A stretch of DNA of 64,000 nt, from NCBI GenBank assembly GCA_003222115.1, contig QHUL01000060.1, forward strand, positions 2,351 to 66,350, written 5' to 3'. The notes under the pieces were generated by a model that ran no database searches, was not told where the DNA came from, and saw only the letters and a list, made by a program, of their open reading frames with translations. This DNA comes from Gemmatimonadota bacterium (GTDB lineage: Bacteria > Gemmatimonadota > Gemmatimonadetes > Gemmatimonadales > GWC2-71-9). The position numbers and the translations under genes are program-made. Positions 12,522 to 21,758 of this stretch are shown piece by piece (positions within the stretch are counted from its first letter, which is position 1; every line of letters starts with the position of its first letter).

Positions 12522-13360
12522 GCGGCCCCGCCGCCGCTCGAGATCCCGCGGAGGTCCTCGCCCTGCTCGGCGTCGCTCAAGACGATCGGCCCCGCCACCT
12601 CGGCTTCCTCGTCTTCCTCGGACTCGGCGAAGAAGGAAAGCAGGGCGGCCCGCAGCACTCCATAGGTCATGTAGGCGATCCCCAGCGGGAAGAAGAACGC
12701 GTCGTGCTCCAGAATGCCGAACACCAGAACGAACAGGATCGTCGCCAGGCCCAGGAGCCCGCGTACGCTGCGCACCCCGGCGCGCGGCACCGTGGCATAG
12801 CGCACGTTGCTCACCATGAGGATGGTGAGGAGGATCATGAGGAGCTGCAGCAGGTGGTGCCACGGCAGCAGCCGCAGCGAGGCCTGGTACAGCTCCGTCG
12901 TCGTGAACGGGTAGTAGGTCGCGAGCGTCATCCCGGCGGCCGGCGAGGGCAGCCCGATGAAGGCCGTCTTCGCGGTGCCCGCCTGGGTCACGTTGAAGCG
13001 GGCCAGCCGGATCGCCGCCGCCATCACGTAGAAGTAGCAGAAGATCCAGGCCGCCTGGCCGGCGGTGGAGAACTCGAGCTGGTACATCAGGAACGCGGGG
13101 GCGACGCCGAAGCTCACCACGTCGACCAGGCTGTCGAGCTCCGCCCCGAAGCGCGACCCGGTGTTGGAGAGGCGCGCCACGCGGCCGTCCAGCGCGTCGA
13201 GGATGCCGGCGAAGAAGATGTACCAGCCCGCCCGGTAGTACTCGCCCCGAGCCGCCAGCACCATCGACCAGATGCCGAAGAACAGATTGAAGAGCGTGAA
13301 CAGGCTCGGCACGACCACGACCACGCGCCGGATGCGGCCCGAGCGGACCGGCGGCCTCAT
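12518..13360 (-). CDS. pssA: CDP-diacylglycerol--serine O-phosphatidyltransferase
   Basis: PSLFTLFN; DALDGRVARL...SRFGAELDSLVDVVSFGVAPA CDP-alcohol phosphotransferase motif; RLARFN; FIGLPSP. Confidence 0.93.
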   Translation of the reverse strand: MRPPVRSGRIRRVVVVVPSLFTLFNLFFGIWSMVLAARGEYYRAGWYIFFAGILDALDGRVARLSNTGSRFGAELDSLVDVVSFGVAPAFLMYQLEFSTAGQAAWIFCYFYVMAAAIRLARFNVTQAGTAKTAFIGLPSPAAGMTLATYYPFTTTELYQASLRLLPWHHLLQLLMILLTILMVSNVRYATVPRAGVRSVRGLLGLATILFVLVFGILEHDAFFFPLGIAYMTYGVLRAALLSFFAESEEDEEAEVAGPIVLSDAEQGEDLRGISSGGGAA

Positions 13361-14010
13361 TCGGGATACTCCGCGAGCACGCTGGCGCCCGCCCGCACCC
13401 GGTCGCCCGGCGCGACCCGGACCACGGGGTGCAGCGCCGCGGGGAGGAACACGTCCACCCGGGAGCCGAACCGGATCATGCCCAAGCGCTCCGCCTGCGT
13501 CACGCGCTCACCCTCCCGACCGTCCGTCACGATGCGCCGTGCCACGAGCCCCGCGATCTGACGCACCAGCACCCTGCCGTGGAGCCCGCGGATCCCCACC
13601 GACGCCTGCTCGTTGTCGAGACTCGCCTTGTCCGTCGCGGCGTGCAGAAACTTCCCCGGATGGTAGCGCACCAGCTCGACCGTCCCCGATACGGGGTAGC
13701 GGTTCACGTGTACGTCGAACACGCTCATGAAGATCGAGAGCCGGGTGGCGGGTGCGCCCAGGTACATGGGCTCCTCCACGCGCGCGACCGCCACGACCTT
13801 GCCGTCCGCCGGCGCGATCACGAATCGCTCCCCGCGCGGCCCCGAGCGCACGGGATCTCGAAAGAACACGATCAGCCACAAGGCGAGGAGCAGCAGCACG
13901 ACCTCCAGCGCCCAGAGCCACCGCCCCCACGTGCCCGCGCCCCACGCCCCCATCGCCACGAGGGCCCACCCGGGGAGGATGAAGGGCCAGCCTTCGGGGG
14001 CGATCCGCAT
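13357..14010 (-). CDS. psd: Phosphatidylserine decarboxylase proenzyme
   Basis: FFRDP, APADGKV, SIFMSVFDVHVNRYP, QIAGLVARRI, GMIRFGSRVD autocleavage site. Confidence 0.93.
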   Translation of the reverse strand: MRIAPEGWPFILPGWALVAMGAWGAGTWGRWLWALEVVLLLLALWLIVFFRDPVRSGPRGERFVIAPADGKVVAVARVEEPMYLGAPATRLSIFMSVFDVHVNRYPVSGTVELVRYHPGKFLHAATDKASLDNEQASVGIRGLHGRVLVRQIAGLVARRIVTDGREGERVTQAERLGMIRFGSRVDVFLPAALHPVVRVAPGDRVRAGASVLAEYPE

Positions 14011-14948
14011 CAGCGCACCGCAAGGGCGTGTCCCGTCAGGCGGCGGTACGCATCGAGGTAGCGCTCGCTCGTGGCGCGCACCACATCGGGTGGGAGCGGC
14101 GGCGGCGGCGGGTTCCCGTTCCACCTCCCCTGCTTCTTCAGGTCGGCCAGATAGTCGCGCAACGGTTGCTTGTCGAAGCTCGGCTGGCTCTTGCCGGGCT
14201 GGTACCGGTCGGCGGGCCAGAAGCGGGACGAGTCGGGCGTGAGGATCTCGTCGATCACGAGCAGCTGACCCGTCGCGGTCGTCCCGAACTCGAATTTGGT
14301 GTCGGCGATGATGATGCCGTTCGGTCGCGCATAGCCGCGCCCCGCCTCGTACAATGCCAGGCTCGCCCGCTTGAGGCGTTCGGCCAGCGCCGCGCCGAGC
14401 GCCGCGGCCACGTGGGCGAAGGTCACGTTCTCGTCGTGCCCCGTCTCGGCCTTCGTGGCGGGGGAGAAGATCGGCGGATCGAGCCGCGCGCTCTCGACCA
14501 GGCCCTCGGAGAGGGGCTCGCCCGCGAGCGTGCCCCGCTCCCGGTACTCCGCCCAGGCCGAGCCCGCGAGGTAGCCCCGCACGACGCACTCGAACGGCAC
14601 GGGCGTCGTGCGGCGCACCAGCATGGCGCGCCCGGCGAGCAGGGGAGCTGCGTGCTGCGCCCCTTCCTGCCCGAAGAGCGCCGGGACCCGCTCGGCGATC
14701 TCGTCCGCGGCGGCCGTCAGGAAGTGGCTCGGCATCACGGCGGCGAGCTTCCCGAACCAGAAGGCGCTGAGCTGGGTCAGCACCGCGCCCTTGTGCGGCA
14801 CGGGCTCCTTCAGCACCACGTCGAACGCGCTCACGCGGTCGCTCGCGACGAGGAGCAGCGTGTCCGCGTCCACCTCGTAGACCTCGCGCACCTTGCCACG
14901 GCGCAGCAGCGGGAGCGGCAGGGCGCTCGCGACGAGCGGAGCGGTCAG
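14010..14948 (-). CDS. purC: SAICAR synthase (probable CTG start)
   Basis: [51 protein letters not shown]. The only plausible start is a CTG overlapping the purB TGA, with GAGGTG 5 nt upstream. Confidence 0.93.
   Translation of the reverse strand: MTAPLVASALPLPLLRRGKVREVYEVDADTLLLVASDRVSAFDVVLKEPVPHKGAVLTQLSAFWFGKLAAVMPSHFLTAAADEIAERVPALFGQEGAQHAAPLLAGRAMLVRRTTPVPFECVVRGYLAGSAWAEYRERGTLAGEPLSEGLVESARLDPPIFSPATKAETGHDENVTFAHVAAALGAALAERLKRASLALYEAGRGYARPNGIIIADTKFEFGTTATGQLLVIDEILTPDSSRFWPADRYQPGKSQPSFDKQPLRDYLADLKKQGRWNGNPPPPPLPPDVVRATSERYLDAYRRLTGHALAVR
14640..14666. repeat. Degenerate REP-like palindrome in frame within purC (EGAQHAAPL)
   Basis: The minus strand reads GAAGGGGCGCAGCACGCAGCTCCCCTG, containing an imperfect 24-bp palindrome that resembles GTAG-family REPs. 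Confidence 0.65.
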
Positions 14949-16378
14949 ACGGTCACCTCGGCAGCGGCCGCTACTGGGGCCACGGCCTCGATCTGGCGCA
15001 GCACGGGGGGCAGCACCTCCTCGAGGAATTCGTCCACCTGCTGGGGCGCTCGGCCGACGTAGCCGATGGGCTCGCGCTCGTCCGGCGTGGCGCGAATCCC
15101 GAGCCGCCGGAACGCGGGGTCCCGGGCCAGCCGCTCGAGCAGGTCGTTCGCCACGCCCGTCTCCGCCACGGCCTGCGCCACGGCGAGGCTGTGACCGCGG
15201 ATCACCTCGTGCAGCTGCTGGCGGTCTCCGCCCGCCTTCACCCCCCGCACGAGCCACCGCTCGGTCGCGAGGAAGGGCATCGCCTCCTCTACCCGCCGGG
15301 CGATCACGGCCTCCCGCACTTCGAGCCCGGCGGCGACGTTGGTCGCGAGCACGAGGATCCCGTCCGTCGCGAGAAACGCCTCGGGGAGAACGAGACGCCG
15401 GTTGGCGCTGTCGTCGAGCGTGCGCTCGAGCCACTGACTGGCGGCGGTGTGCCAGGCGTTGCCCTCGAGCTCGATCACGAAGCGGCCCAGACTCGTCATC
15501 CGCTCGGCCCGCATCGGGTTGCGCTTGTAGGGCATGGCGGAGGAGCCGACCTGCTCGCTCTCGAACGGCTCCAGCATCTCGCCTTCGTGCTGCAACAGCC
15601 GTAGGTCGGTGGCGAACTTGGCCGCGGACGCGGCGACCCCCGACAACGCGGCGAGGATCTGGGCGTCCACCTTGCGCGTGTAGGTCTGACCGGTGACCGG
15701 GAACACGCGCGTGAACGCCATCTTCTTTGCCACCCGAGCGTCGAGCTCGCGCGCCTTCTCGACGTCGCCCTCGAACAGCTCGACGAAGCTCGCCTGGGTG
15801 CCAGTCGTACCTTTCACCCCGCGGAACTGCAGCGTCGCCAGCCGGTGCAGCAGCTCCTCGGCGTCCAGCAGAAACTCCTGCATCCACAGCGTGACCCGCT
15901 TGCCGACGGTGGTGAGCTGCGCCGGCTGGAAGTGGGTGTAGGCGAGGCAGGGGAGGGCGCGGTGGCGGCGTGCCGGCTTGGAGAGCGCTACCAGCACGGC
16001 GGCGATCCGTCCGAGCAAGAGCTGCATCCCCTCCCGCATCAGCAGCAGGTCGGCGTTGTCCGTGACGTAGGCGCTCGTGGCGCCGAGGTGCAGGAACGGC
16101 CGCGCCGCCGGCGCCTGCTCGCCCAGGTGATGGATGTGCGCCATCACGTCGTGGCGGAGGCGCTTCTCGTGCTCCGCCGCGCGGTCCGGATCCGCGTCGT
16201 CGAGGTGGGCGCGCAGCTGACGGAGGGCGTCGTCCGGGATGGCGAGCCCCAGCTCGCGCTGACCCTCCATCAGGGCGAGCCAGAGGCGGCGCCACAGACC
16301 GATGCGGCGTCGCTCGCCCCACAACGCCTGCATCGCCGGCGAGGCATAGCGTAGGGAGAGCGGCGACAGGTACGTCAC
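14945..16378 (-). CDS. purB: Adenylosuccinate lyase
   Basis: [41 protein letters not shown] fumarase-superfamily signature. Confidence 0.96.
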   Translation of the reverse strand: MTYLSPLSLRYASPAMQALWGERRRIGLWRRLWLALMEGQRELGLAIPDDALRQLRAHLDDADPDRAAEHEKRLRHDVMAHIHHLGEQAPAARPFLHLGATSAYVTDNADLLLMREGMQLLLGRIAAVLVALSKPARRHRALPCLAYTHFQPAQLTTVGKRVTLWMQEFLLDAEELLHRLATLQFRGVKGTTGTQASFVELFEGDVEKARELDARVAKKMAFTRVFPVTGQTYTRKVDAQILAALSGVAASAAKFATDLRLLQHEGEMLEPFESEQVGSSAMPYKRNPMRAERMTSLGRFVIELEGNAWHTAASQWLERTLDDSANRRLVLPEAFLATDGILVLATNVAAGLEVREAVIARRVEEAMPFLATERWLVRGVKAGGDRQQLHEVIRGHSLAVAQAVAETGVANDLLERLARDPAFRRLGIRATPDEREPIGYVGRAPQQVDEFLEEVLPPVLRQIEAVAPVAAAAEVTV

Positions 16379-17043
16379 ACCTCGGCCTTCGCGCGCGCGA
16401 CCAGCTTGCTCCAGTCGGCGAGGAACTGATCGAGGCCACGGTCCGTGAGCGGGTGCAGCAGCAGCTTGCGCAGCACGTCGGGCGGCAGCGTCGCTACGTC
16501 CGCGCCGATCATCGCCGCCTCCACGACGTGGCGGGGATGGCGGATCGACGCGGCGAGGATCTCGGTCTCGATGCCGTAATTGTCGAAGATCACCCTGGCC
16601 TCGCGAATCACGTCCATCCCTTCCTGGCCCACGTCGTCGATCCGGCCGATGAAGGGGCTGACGTAGGCGGCGCCCGCCTTCGCCGCGATCAGGCATTGCA
16701 CGCTGGAGAAGCACAGGGTGACGTTGGTCTTGATGCCGTCGGTAGCGAGCCGCCGCACCGCGATCATCCCCGCCTCGATCATCGGGATCTTGACCACGAT
16801 GTTCTCCGCGATCTTGGCGAGCTCCTTCCCCTCCTTCAGCATCCCGTCGACGTCCACGGCAACCACCTCGGCGGAGACCGGGCCCTCCACGAGCGAGCAG
16901 ATCTCCTTGAGCACGTCCTTGGGGTCGAGGTCCCCCGCTTGCTTGGCGAGCAGGGAGGGGTTCGTGGTGATGCCGTCGATCAGGCCCGCCTGCGCGGCCC
17001 AGCTGATGTCTTTGAGACTGGCGGTGTCGAGGAAAAACTTCAT
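16375..17043 (-). CDS. tal: Transaldolase (TalC/FSA family, transaldolase-type residues)
   Basis: [19 protein letters not shown] Schiff-base Lys. The Glu in PVSAEV and the Phe in SPFIGR are the transaldolase-type residues, where FSA has Gln and Tyr. Confidence 0.85.
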   Translation of the reverse strand: MKFFLDTASLKDISWAAQAGLIDGITTNPSLLAKQAGDLDPKDVLKEICSLVEGPVSAEVVAVDVDGMLKEGKELAKIAENIVVKIPMIEAGMIAVRRLATDGIKTNVTLCFSSVQCLIAAKAGAAYVSPFIGRIDDVGQEGMDVIREARVIFDNYGIETEILAASIRHPRHVVEAAMIGADVATLPPDVLRKLLLHPLTDRGLDQFLADWSKLVARAKAEV

Positions 17044-17046
17044 GGC

Positions 17047-17826
17047 TCAGTCCTCGGCGTAGAGGTCAGGAGGATACCGCACGGCCTCCAGGTACAGCCC
17101 CTGGGGTGGGGCGGGCGGGCCGGCCGCCTGATTGTCCGTCGCATCGAGCAAGTGGGGGAGGTCGGACGGCGGCCGCCGCCCCAGGGCGATGTCCACCATC
17201 ACGCCCACGAGGAAGCGCACCATGCGGTGCAGGAATCGGTCGGCCTCGATCGTGAAATTCACCCCCGCCCCGTCCGAACGCGGCGCCCAGCGTGCGAGCG
17301 CCACGCGGCATCGGTAGTGGGGTTTCGCCGCGTCGCGGGCGGCGAGACCGCGAAAGTCGTGCTCCCCGGGGAGCGCTGCGGCCGCGCGCGCGAGCGTCTC
17401 CACATCGAGCGGCCGGCCCAGGGCCCATTCGTACGGCCGGCGAAACGGCGACCCCGCGGCGTCGTCCGTTCCGATCACGTAGCGGTAGCGCCGCGCGGTG
17501 GCGCTCTTGCGGGCGTGGAACCCGGGCCGCATCGGGCTTACCCGCTCGACCCACACGTCCCGTGGCGAGAGCGCGTTCAGGGCGCGGCGCAACCCGGCGA
17601 CATCGGCGGCCCAGCGCTCGCTCGCCGTGAAGCCGACGCCCTGGCCGATCGCGTGAACCCCCGTATCGGTCCGGCCAGCGCCGATGGCCGTCGTCCGCCT
17701 GCCCATCAGGCGCTCGAGCACGGCTTCGAACTCCCCCTGTACCGTGCGCCCTTCCCGCTGCCGCTGCCAGCCCACGAACCGCGCCCCATCGTAGTGCACC
17801 ACGGCGAGGTAGGGCCGGCTGGTCAC
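17047..17826 (-). CDS. truA: tRNA pseudouridine(38-40) synthase
   Basis: YDGARFVGWQRQ, AGRTDTGVHAIGQ, FHARKSA, GEHDF, FLHRMVR, APPQGLYL. Confidence 0.95.
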   Translation of the reverse strand: MTSRPYLAVVHYDGARFVGWQRQREGRTVQGEFEAVLERLMGRRTTAIGAGRTDTGVHAIGQGVGFTASERWAADVAGLRRALNALSPRDVWVERVSPMRPGFHARKSATARRYRYVIGTDDAAGSPFRRPYEWALGRPLDVETLARAAAALPGEHDFRGLAARDAAKPHYRCRVALARWAPRSDGAGVNFTIEADRFLHRMVRFLVGVMVDIALGRRPPSDLPHLLDATDNQAAGPPAPPQGLYLEAVRYPPDLYAED

Positions 17827-17832
17827 GGGCGA

Positions 17833-17861
17833 AAGATAGAGAAAACGGGGGGGTCAATCAA
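17833..17861 (-). promoter_or_regulatory. Putative sigma70 promoter of the truA-pur block (leaderless geometry)
   Basis: TTGATT-17 nt-TATCTT, then 6 nt to the truA GTG, with no Shine-Dalgarno. Confidence 0.55.
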
Positions 17862-17883
17862 GCCACGCAACCCGTTGTCCCAT

Positions 17884-17913
17884 TTGACAAAAGACGATTT
17901 TTCGGGGTAGCTT
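17884..17913 (+). promoter_or_regulatory. Putative sigma70 promoter of trpD
   Basis: TTGACA-18 nt-TAGCTT in an AT-rich divergent intergenic region. Confidence 0.55.
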
Positions 17914-17930
17914 TGGCGAGTCGCGAACCC

Positions 17931-19004
17931 ATGCCCGACCACGCCGCCGCCATCCCCGCTACCCCCACCGCCGCCCAGCCTGCGCCGCTCCAGCGGGCGC
18001 TCGTGGCGCTCGCCAACCGCCAGTCCCTGAGCGAGCAGGAAGCGAGCGACGTCTTCGGCATCGTGATGCGCGGCGACGCGACCCCGGCGCAGCTCGGCGG
18101 GCTCCTCCTGGCGCTCCGCGTCAAGGGCGAGACGGCCGAAGAGGTGGCGGGCGCCGCGCGGGCGCTGCGCGCCGCGATGATCCGCGTCCCCGCGGCGGGG
18201 GCCCACCTCGTCGATACCTGCGGCACGGGCGGCGGCGCGATCACGACCTTCAACATCTCCACGGCGGCCGCCTTCGTCGCGGCGGGCGCCGGCGCCTCCG
18301 TGGCGAAGCACGGCAACCGTTCCTTCACGTCGCAATGCGGGTCGGCGGATGTGATCGAGGCGCTGGGAGTGCGCATCGCCCTCGACGCCACGCAGGCCGC
18401 GCACGCGCTCCAGGAAGCCTGCATCACGTTCCTGTTCGCTCCGCATTTCCATCCGGCGATGAAGCACGCGGCTCCCGTGCGGCGGGAGCTGGGCGTGCCG
18501 TCCGTAATGAACCTGCTCGGGCCGCTCGCGAATCCCGCGGGCGTGCGCCGCCAGGTGGTCGGCGTCGCCGATCGCGAGCGCGCCCCGCTCATGGCGGAGG
18601 CCCTCGCCCGGCTGGGCACGGAGCACGCGCTGGTGGTGCACGGGGAGGTCGGCATGGACGAGATCTCGCCCACCGGGGCCACCGCCGTGTGGGAGGTGCG
18701 GGGCGGCGCCGTCACGAGCTGGCGGCTCGATCCAGCCCGCTACGGGCTCGCGATCGCGGACGTGGCGGCGTTGCGTGGGGGAAAACCCGGCGTCAACGCG
18801 CAACGCGTGGAAGGCCTGCTCCGGAATGAGCCGGGGGACCCGGCCGGCGCCGCCGCGGTGCTCCTGAACGCCGCCGCCGCGATCTACGTGGCGGGCCTCG
18901 CCCGCACCTACGACGACGGCCTTGCGCGGGCTCGCGAGGCCCTCGGCTCGGGCTCCGCGCGCCGGGCGCTCGAGCGGCTGCGGGCCGCTAGTACTTCCGG
19001 ATGA
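17931..19004 (+). CDS. trpD: Anthranilate phosphoribosyltransferase
   Basis: KGETAEE, DTCGTGG, FNISTAAA, KHGNRSFTSQCGSADV, NLLGPLANP, GMDEIS. Confidence 0.96.
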   Translation: MPDHAAAIPATPTAAQPAPLQRALVALANRQSLSEQEASDVFGIVMRGDATPAQLGGLLLALRVKGETAEEVAGAARALRAAMIRVPAAGAHLVDTCGTGGGAITTFNISTAAAFVAAGAGASVAKHGNRSFTSQCGSADVIEALGVRIALDATQAAHALQEACITFLFAPHFHPAMKHAAPVRRELGVPSVMNLLGPLANPAGVRRQVVGVADRERAPLMAEALARLGTEHALVVHGEVGMDEISPTGATAVWEVRGGAVTSWRLDPARYGLAIADVAALRGGKPGVNAQRVEGLLRNEPGDPAGAAAVLLNAAAAIYVAGLARTYDDGLARAREALGSGSARRALERLRAASTSG

Positions 19005-19596
19005 CCCCCACCACGATCCCCTGCACGAGGATGTCGCGCTCGTTCACGCGCAGCGGGGTCATCGCGGGGTTCGCGGGCTCGAGCCGGATCCAGCCGCCCG
19101 GCTCGCGATAGAATTTCTTCACGGTGGCGTTCTGGCCGTGCACCAGTGCGATGACCGTCTGCCCGTTGTCGGCGGCGTTGCGCTCGTGCACGACGATGAA
19201 GTCGCCGTCCTTGATGTGCTCGTCGATCATGGAGGTGCCTCGGACCTTGAGCACGTAGCTCCGGCCGCGCCGCGGGATCAGCTCGTCGGGGACCGCGATG
19301 GCGTCGTCGCCCGAGATCGCCTCGATGGGTGCGCCGGCCGCCACGAGCCCGAGCAGGGGCAGCTCCGTCGCGCCGGTCTGTCCCTTCGGCGGCACGACCT
19401 CGATTGCCCGGCTCTCGTTGTGGGCGCGCCGGATGTAGCCCTTGCGCTCGAGGTTGGTGAGATGTTCGTGGACCGTGGCGAGCGACTGGAACCCGAACTG
19501 GCGGGCGATTTCCTCGAAGCTCGGGGCGTAGCCCTTGGACTCGATGTGCGTCGAGATGAAGTCGAGGATTTCGCGCTGGCGGCGTGTGAGCGGCAT
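18988..19596 (-). CDS. lexA: SOS repressor LexA
   Basis: LTRRQREILDFI...PSFEEIA winged HTH; VAAG cleavage site; GTSM catalytic Ser; ATVK catalytic Lys. Confidence 0.96.
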   Translation of the reverse strand: MPLTRRQREILDFISTHIESKGYAPSFEEIARQFGFQSLATVHEHLTNLERKGYIRRAHNESRAIEVVPPKGQTGATELPLLGLVAAGAPIEAISGDDAIAVPDELIPRRGRSYVLKVRGTSMIDEHIKDGDFIVVHERNAADNGQTVIALVHGQNATVKKFYREPGGWIRLEPANPAMTPLRVNERDILVQGIVVGVIRKY

Positions 19597-19603
19597 CAGG
19601 AGT

Positions 19604-19646
19604 CCCGAAAATAACCCGAAGCTAATCTACCCGAAAATCACCCGAA
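19604..19646. promoter_or_regulatory. Two copies of CCCGAAAAT(A/C)ACCCGAA overlapping the lexA promoter; candidate LexA operators
   Basis: 17-mers at 19604-19620 and 19630-19646, each a CCCGAA direct repeat with 11-bp period. A minus-strand TTGCGT-16-TAGATT promoter overlaps them. Confidence 0.7.
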
Positions 19647-19653
19647 CGCAAGC

Positions 19654-20451
19654 ATGCCCCCGGCTACGCTGGATGAGATCCTGAGCGTCACGCGGGCGCG
19701 CGTGGCCCAGCTGCGGCCGCGGGCGCGAGATCTGGAGCGCCGGGCGTCCGCCGCCCCGCCGCCGCGTCCCTTCCAACAGGCGCTCGCAGGCAGCACGCTT
19801 GGGGTCATCGCCGAGGTGAAGCGGCGCTCCCCGTCCGCGGGAACGATCCGGGAAGACCTCGATCCCGTGGAGCACGCGCGGGCCTACGCGCGCGGCGGCG
19901 CGGTCGCGGTGTCGGTGCTGACGGACGAAGCGCACTTCGGCGGCTCGCTCGACGACCTGGCGCGCGTGGCGCAGCAGGTGGCGTTGCCCACCCTGCGCAA
20001 GGACTTCATCCTCGACGAGCTGCAGCTGCTCGAGGCGCGGGCGGCGGGCGCGAGCGCCGTGCTCCTCATCGTGCGGGCGCTCGCGGGTCGGCGGCTCGGC
20101 ACCCTGGCGGCCGCGGCGCGGGGTCAGGGGCTCGGAATCCTGGTCGAGGTGCACACCGAAGCGGAGCTCGAGCGGGCGGTGGCAGCCTCCCCGACGGCGA
20201 TCGGCGTAAACAGTCGGGACCTGGCGAGCTTCACCGTCGACCTCGAGGGGGCCGTACGGCTCCTGGCGCGTGTGCCCGAGGGCATTCCCGCGGTGGCCGA
20301 GAGCGGGATCGAAACGCGGGCGGACGTGGAGCGGGTCGCGGCGGCGGGCGCGGACCTGGTGCTCGTGGGGACGTCGGTGGCCCGGCGAGACGATCCGGCC
20401 GCCGCGGTGCGGGCCCTGACGGGCGTGCGGAGAATTGGGAGGAGCCGGTAA
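19654..20451 (+). CDS. trpC: Indole-3-glycerol phosphate synthase
   Basis: IAEVKRRSPSAG, SVLTDEAHFGGS, LRKDFI, LVEVHT, IGVNSRDL, AESGI. Confidence 0.95.
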   Translation: MPPATLDEILSVTRARVAQLRPRARDLERRASAAPPPRPFQQALAGSTLGVIAEVKRRSPSAGTIREDLDPVEHARAYARGGAVAVSVLTDEAHFGGSLDDLARVAQQVALPTLRKDFILDELQLLEARAAGASAVLLIVRALAGRRLGTLAAAARGQGLGILVEVHTEAELERAVAASPTAIGVNSRDLASFTVDLEGAVRLLARVPEGIPAVAESGIETRADVERVAAAGADLVLVGTSVARRDDPAAAVRALTGVRRIGRSR

Positions 20452-20512
20452 TGCGAATGCGGAGTGCGGAGTGCGGAACGCGGAGTTTTCAGCATTCCGC
20501 ATTCCGCACTCT
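20452..20512. repeat. Intergenic heptamer-repeat hairpin (TGCGGAR)n / (TTCCGCA)n
   Basis: 20462-20481 pairs with 20492-20511, giving a 20-bp stem with one G-U pair and one mismatch. Confidence 0.85.
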
Positions 20513-20531
20513 CTGAGAGGAACATGCACGA

Positions 20532-21758
20532 GTGAGCATCCCCAAGCTTGTCGAACGGGCGGTGGATGGCCGCTTCGGCCCTTACGGCGGCCGCTACGTC
20601 CCCGAGACGCTGATGGCCGCGCTGGAGGAGCTGGCGCGTGTCCACGACGAGGCGAAGCGCGACCCCACCTTCTGGGCCGAGCTCGACGCCCTGCTGCGGG
20701 ACTACGTGGGGCGGCCCACGCCGCTGACCGAGGCACCGCGGCTTGCGGCCGAGGCGGGAGTGGGCGGGGGGGTGGGAGGGGAGGTGCGCGTGCTGCTCAA
20801 GCGGGAGGACCTGAACCACACGGGCGCTCACAAGATCAACAACACGCTCGGTCAGGCGCTGTTGGCGCGCCGCATGGGGAAGCGACGCATCATCGCCGAG
20901 ACCGGCGCGGGGCAGCACGGCGTCGCCACGGCGACCGTGTGCGCGAAGTTCGGCCTGGAGTGCGTCGTGTACATGGGCGAGGAGGACATGCGCCGCCAGC
21001 GGCTCAATGTGTACCGCATGGAGCTGATGGGGGCGCGCGTCGTGCCGGTCACGGCGGGGACGCGCACCCTCAAGGATGCGACCAATGAGGCGCTGCGCGA
21101 CTGGGTGACGAACGTCACGACTACGCATTACATCATCGGGTCGGTCGTGGGGCCCGATCCCTTCCCGCGCGTCGTGCGGGACTTCCAGTCGGTGATCGGG
21201 CGCGAGGCGCGCGCGCAGGTGCTGGAGCGCTACGGCCGGCTTCCCACGACCGTGGCGGCGTGCGTGGGGGGCGGATCGAACGCGCTCGGGATCTTCCACG
21301 CCTTTCTCGACGACCGGGAGGTGGAGCTCGTGGGTGTGGAGGCGGCGGGGGAGGGACTCGCCTCGGGTCGCCATTCCGCCTCGCTCGCGCGCGGGCGTCC
21401 CGGCGTGTTCCACGGAAGCCTCAGCTACCTGCTCCAGGACGGCGACGGCCAAGTGCAGCCCGCCCACAGCGTTTCCGCGGGGCTCGACTATCCGGGAGTG
21501 GGCCCCGAGCACGCTTACCTGAAAGATACCGGCCGGGTATTGTATGTTGCGGTCACGGACCAGGAGGCGCTCGCGGCCTTCGCGGCGCTGTCCCGGCTCG
21601 AGGGCATCCTGCCGGCCCTGGAGAGCGCGCACGCCGTGGCGTGGGTGCTCGGGCGGCGGGGGAACTGGCGTGCGGGCGACCTCGTGCTCATCAACCTGAG
21701 CGGTCGGGGCGACAAGGACGTCGCTATGGTTGCAGAACTGACTGGAGCGAAGCTCTGA
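20532..21758 (+). CDS. trpB: Tryptophan synthase beta chain
   Basis: [30 protein letters not shown] (PLP Lys), [36 protein letters not shown]. Confidence 0.97.
   Translation: MSIPKLVERAVDGRFGPYGGRYVPETLMAALEELARVHDEAKRDPTFWAELDALLRDYVGRPTPLTEAPRLAAEAGVGGGVGGEVRVLLKREDLNHTGAHKINNTLGQALLARRMGKRRIIAETGAGQHGVATATVCAKFGLECVVYMGEEDMRRQRLNVYRMELMGARVVPVTAGTRTLKDATNEALRDWVTNVTTTHYIIGSVVGPDPFPRVVRDFQSVIGREARAQVLERYGRLPTTVAACVGGGSNALGIFHAFLDDREVELVGVEAAGEGLASGRHSASLARGRPGVFHGSLSYLLQDGDGQVQPAHSVSAGLDYPGVGPEHAYLKDTGRVLYVAVTDQEALAAFAALSRLEGILPALESAHAVAWVLGRRGNWRAGDLVLINLSGRGDKDVAMVAELTGAKL

Noticed and set aside
17896..17912. Additional LexA box at the trpD promoter (GATTTTTCGGGGTAG)
   Set aside because: Only one TTCGGG half-site is present, with no second copy at 11-bp spacing.
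20452..20512. CRISPR array or trp attenuator
   Set aside because: The units are 7 bp with no spacers and there are no cas genes. There is no Trp-codon leader peptide or U-tract.
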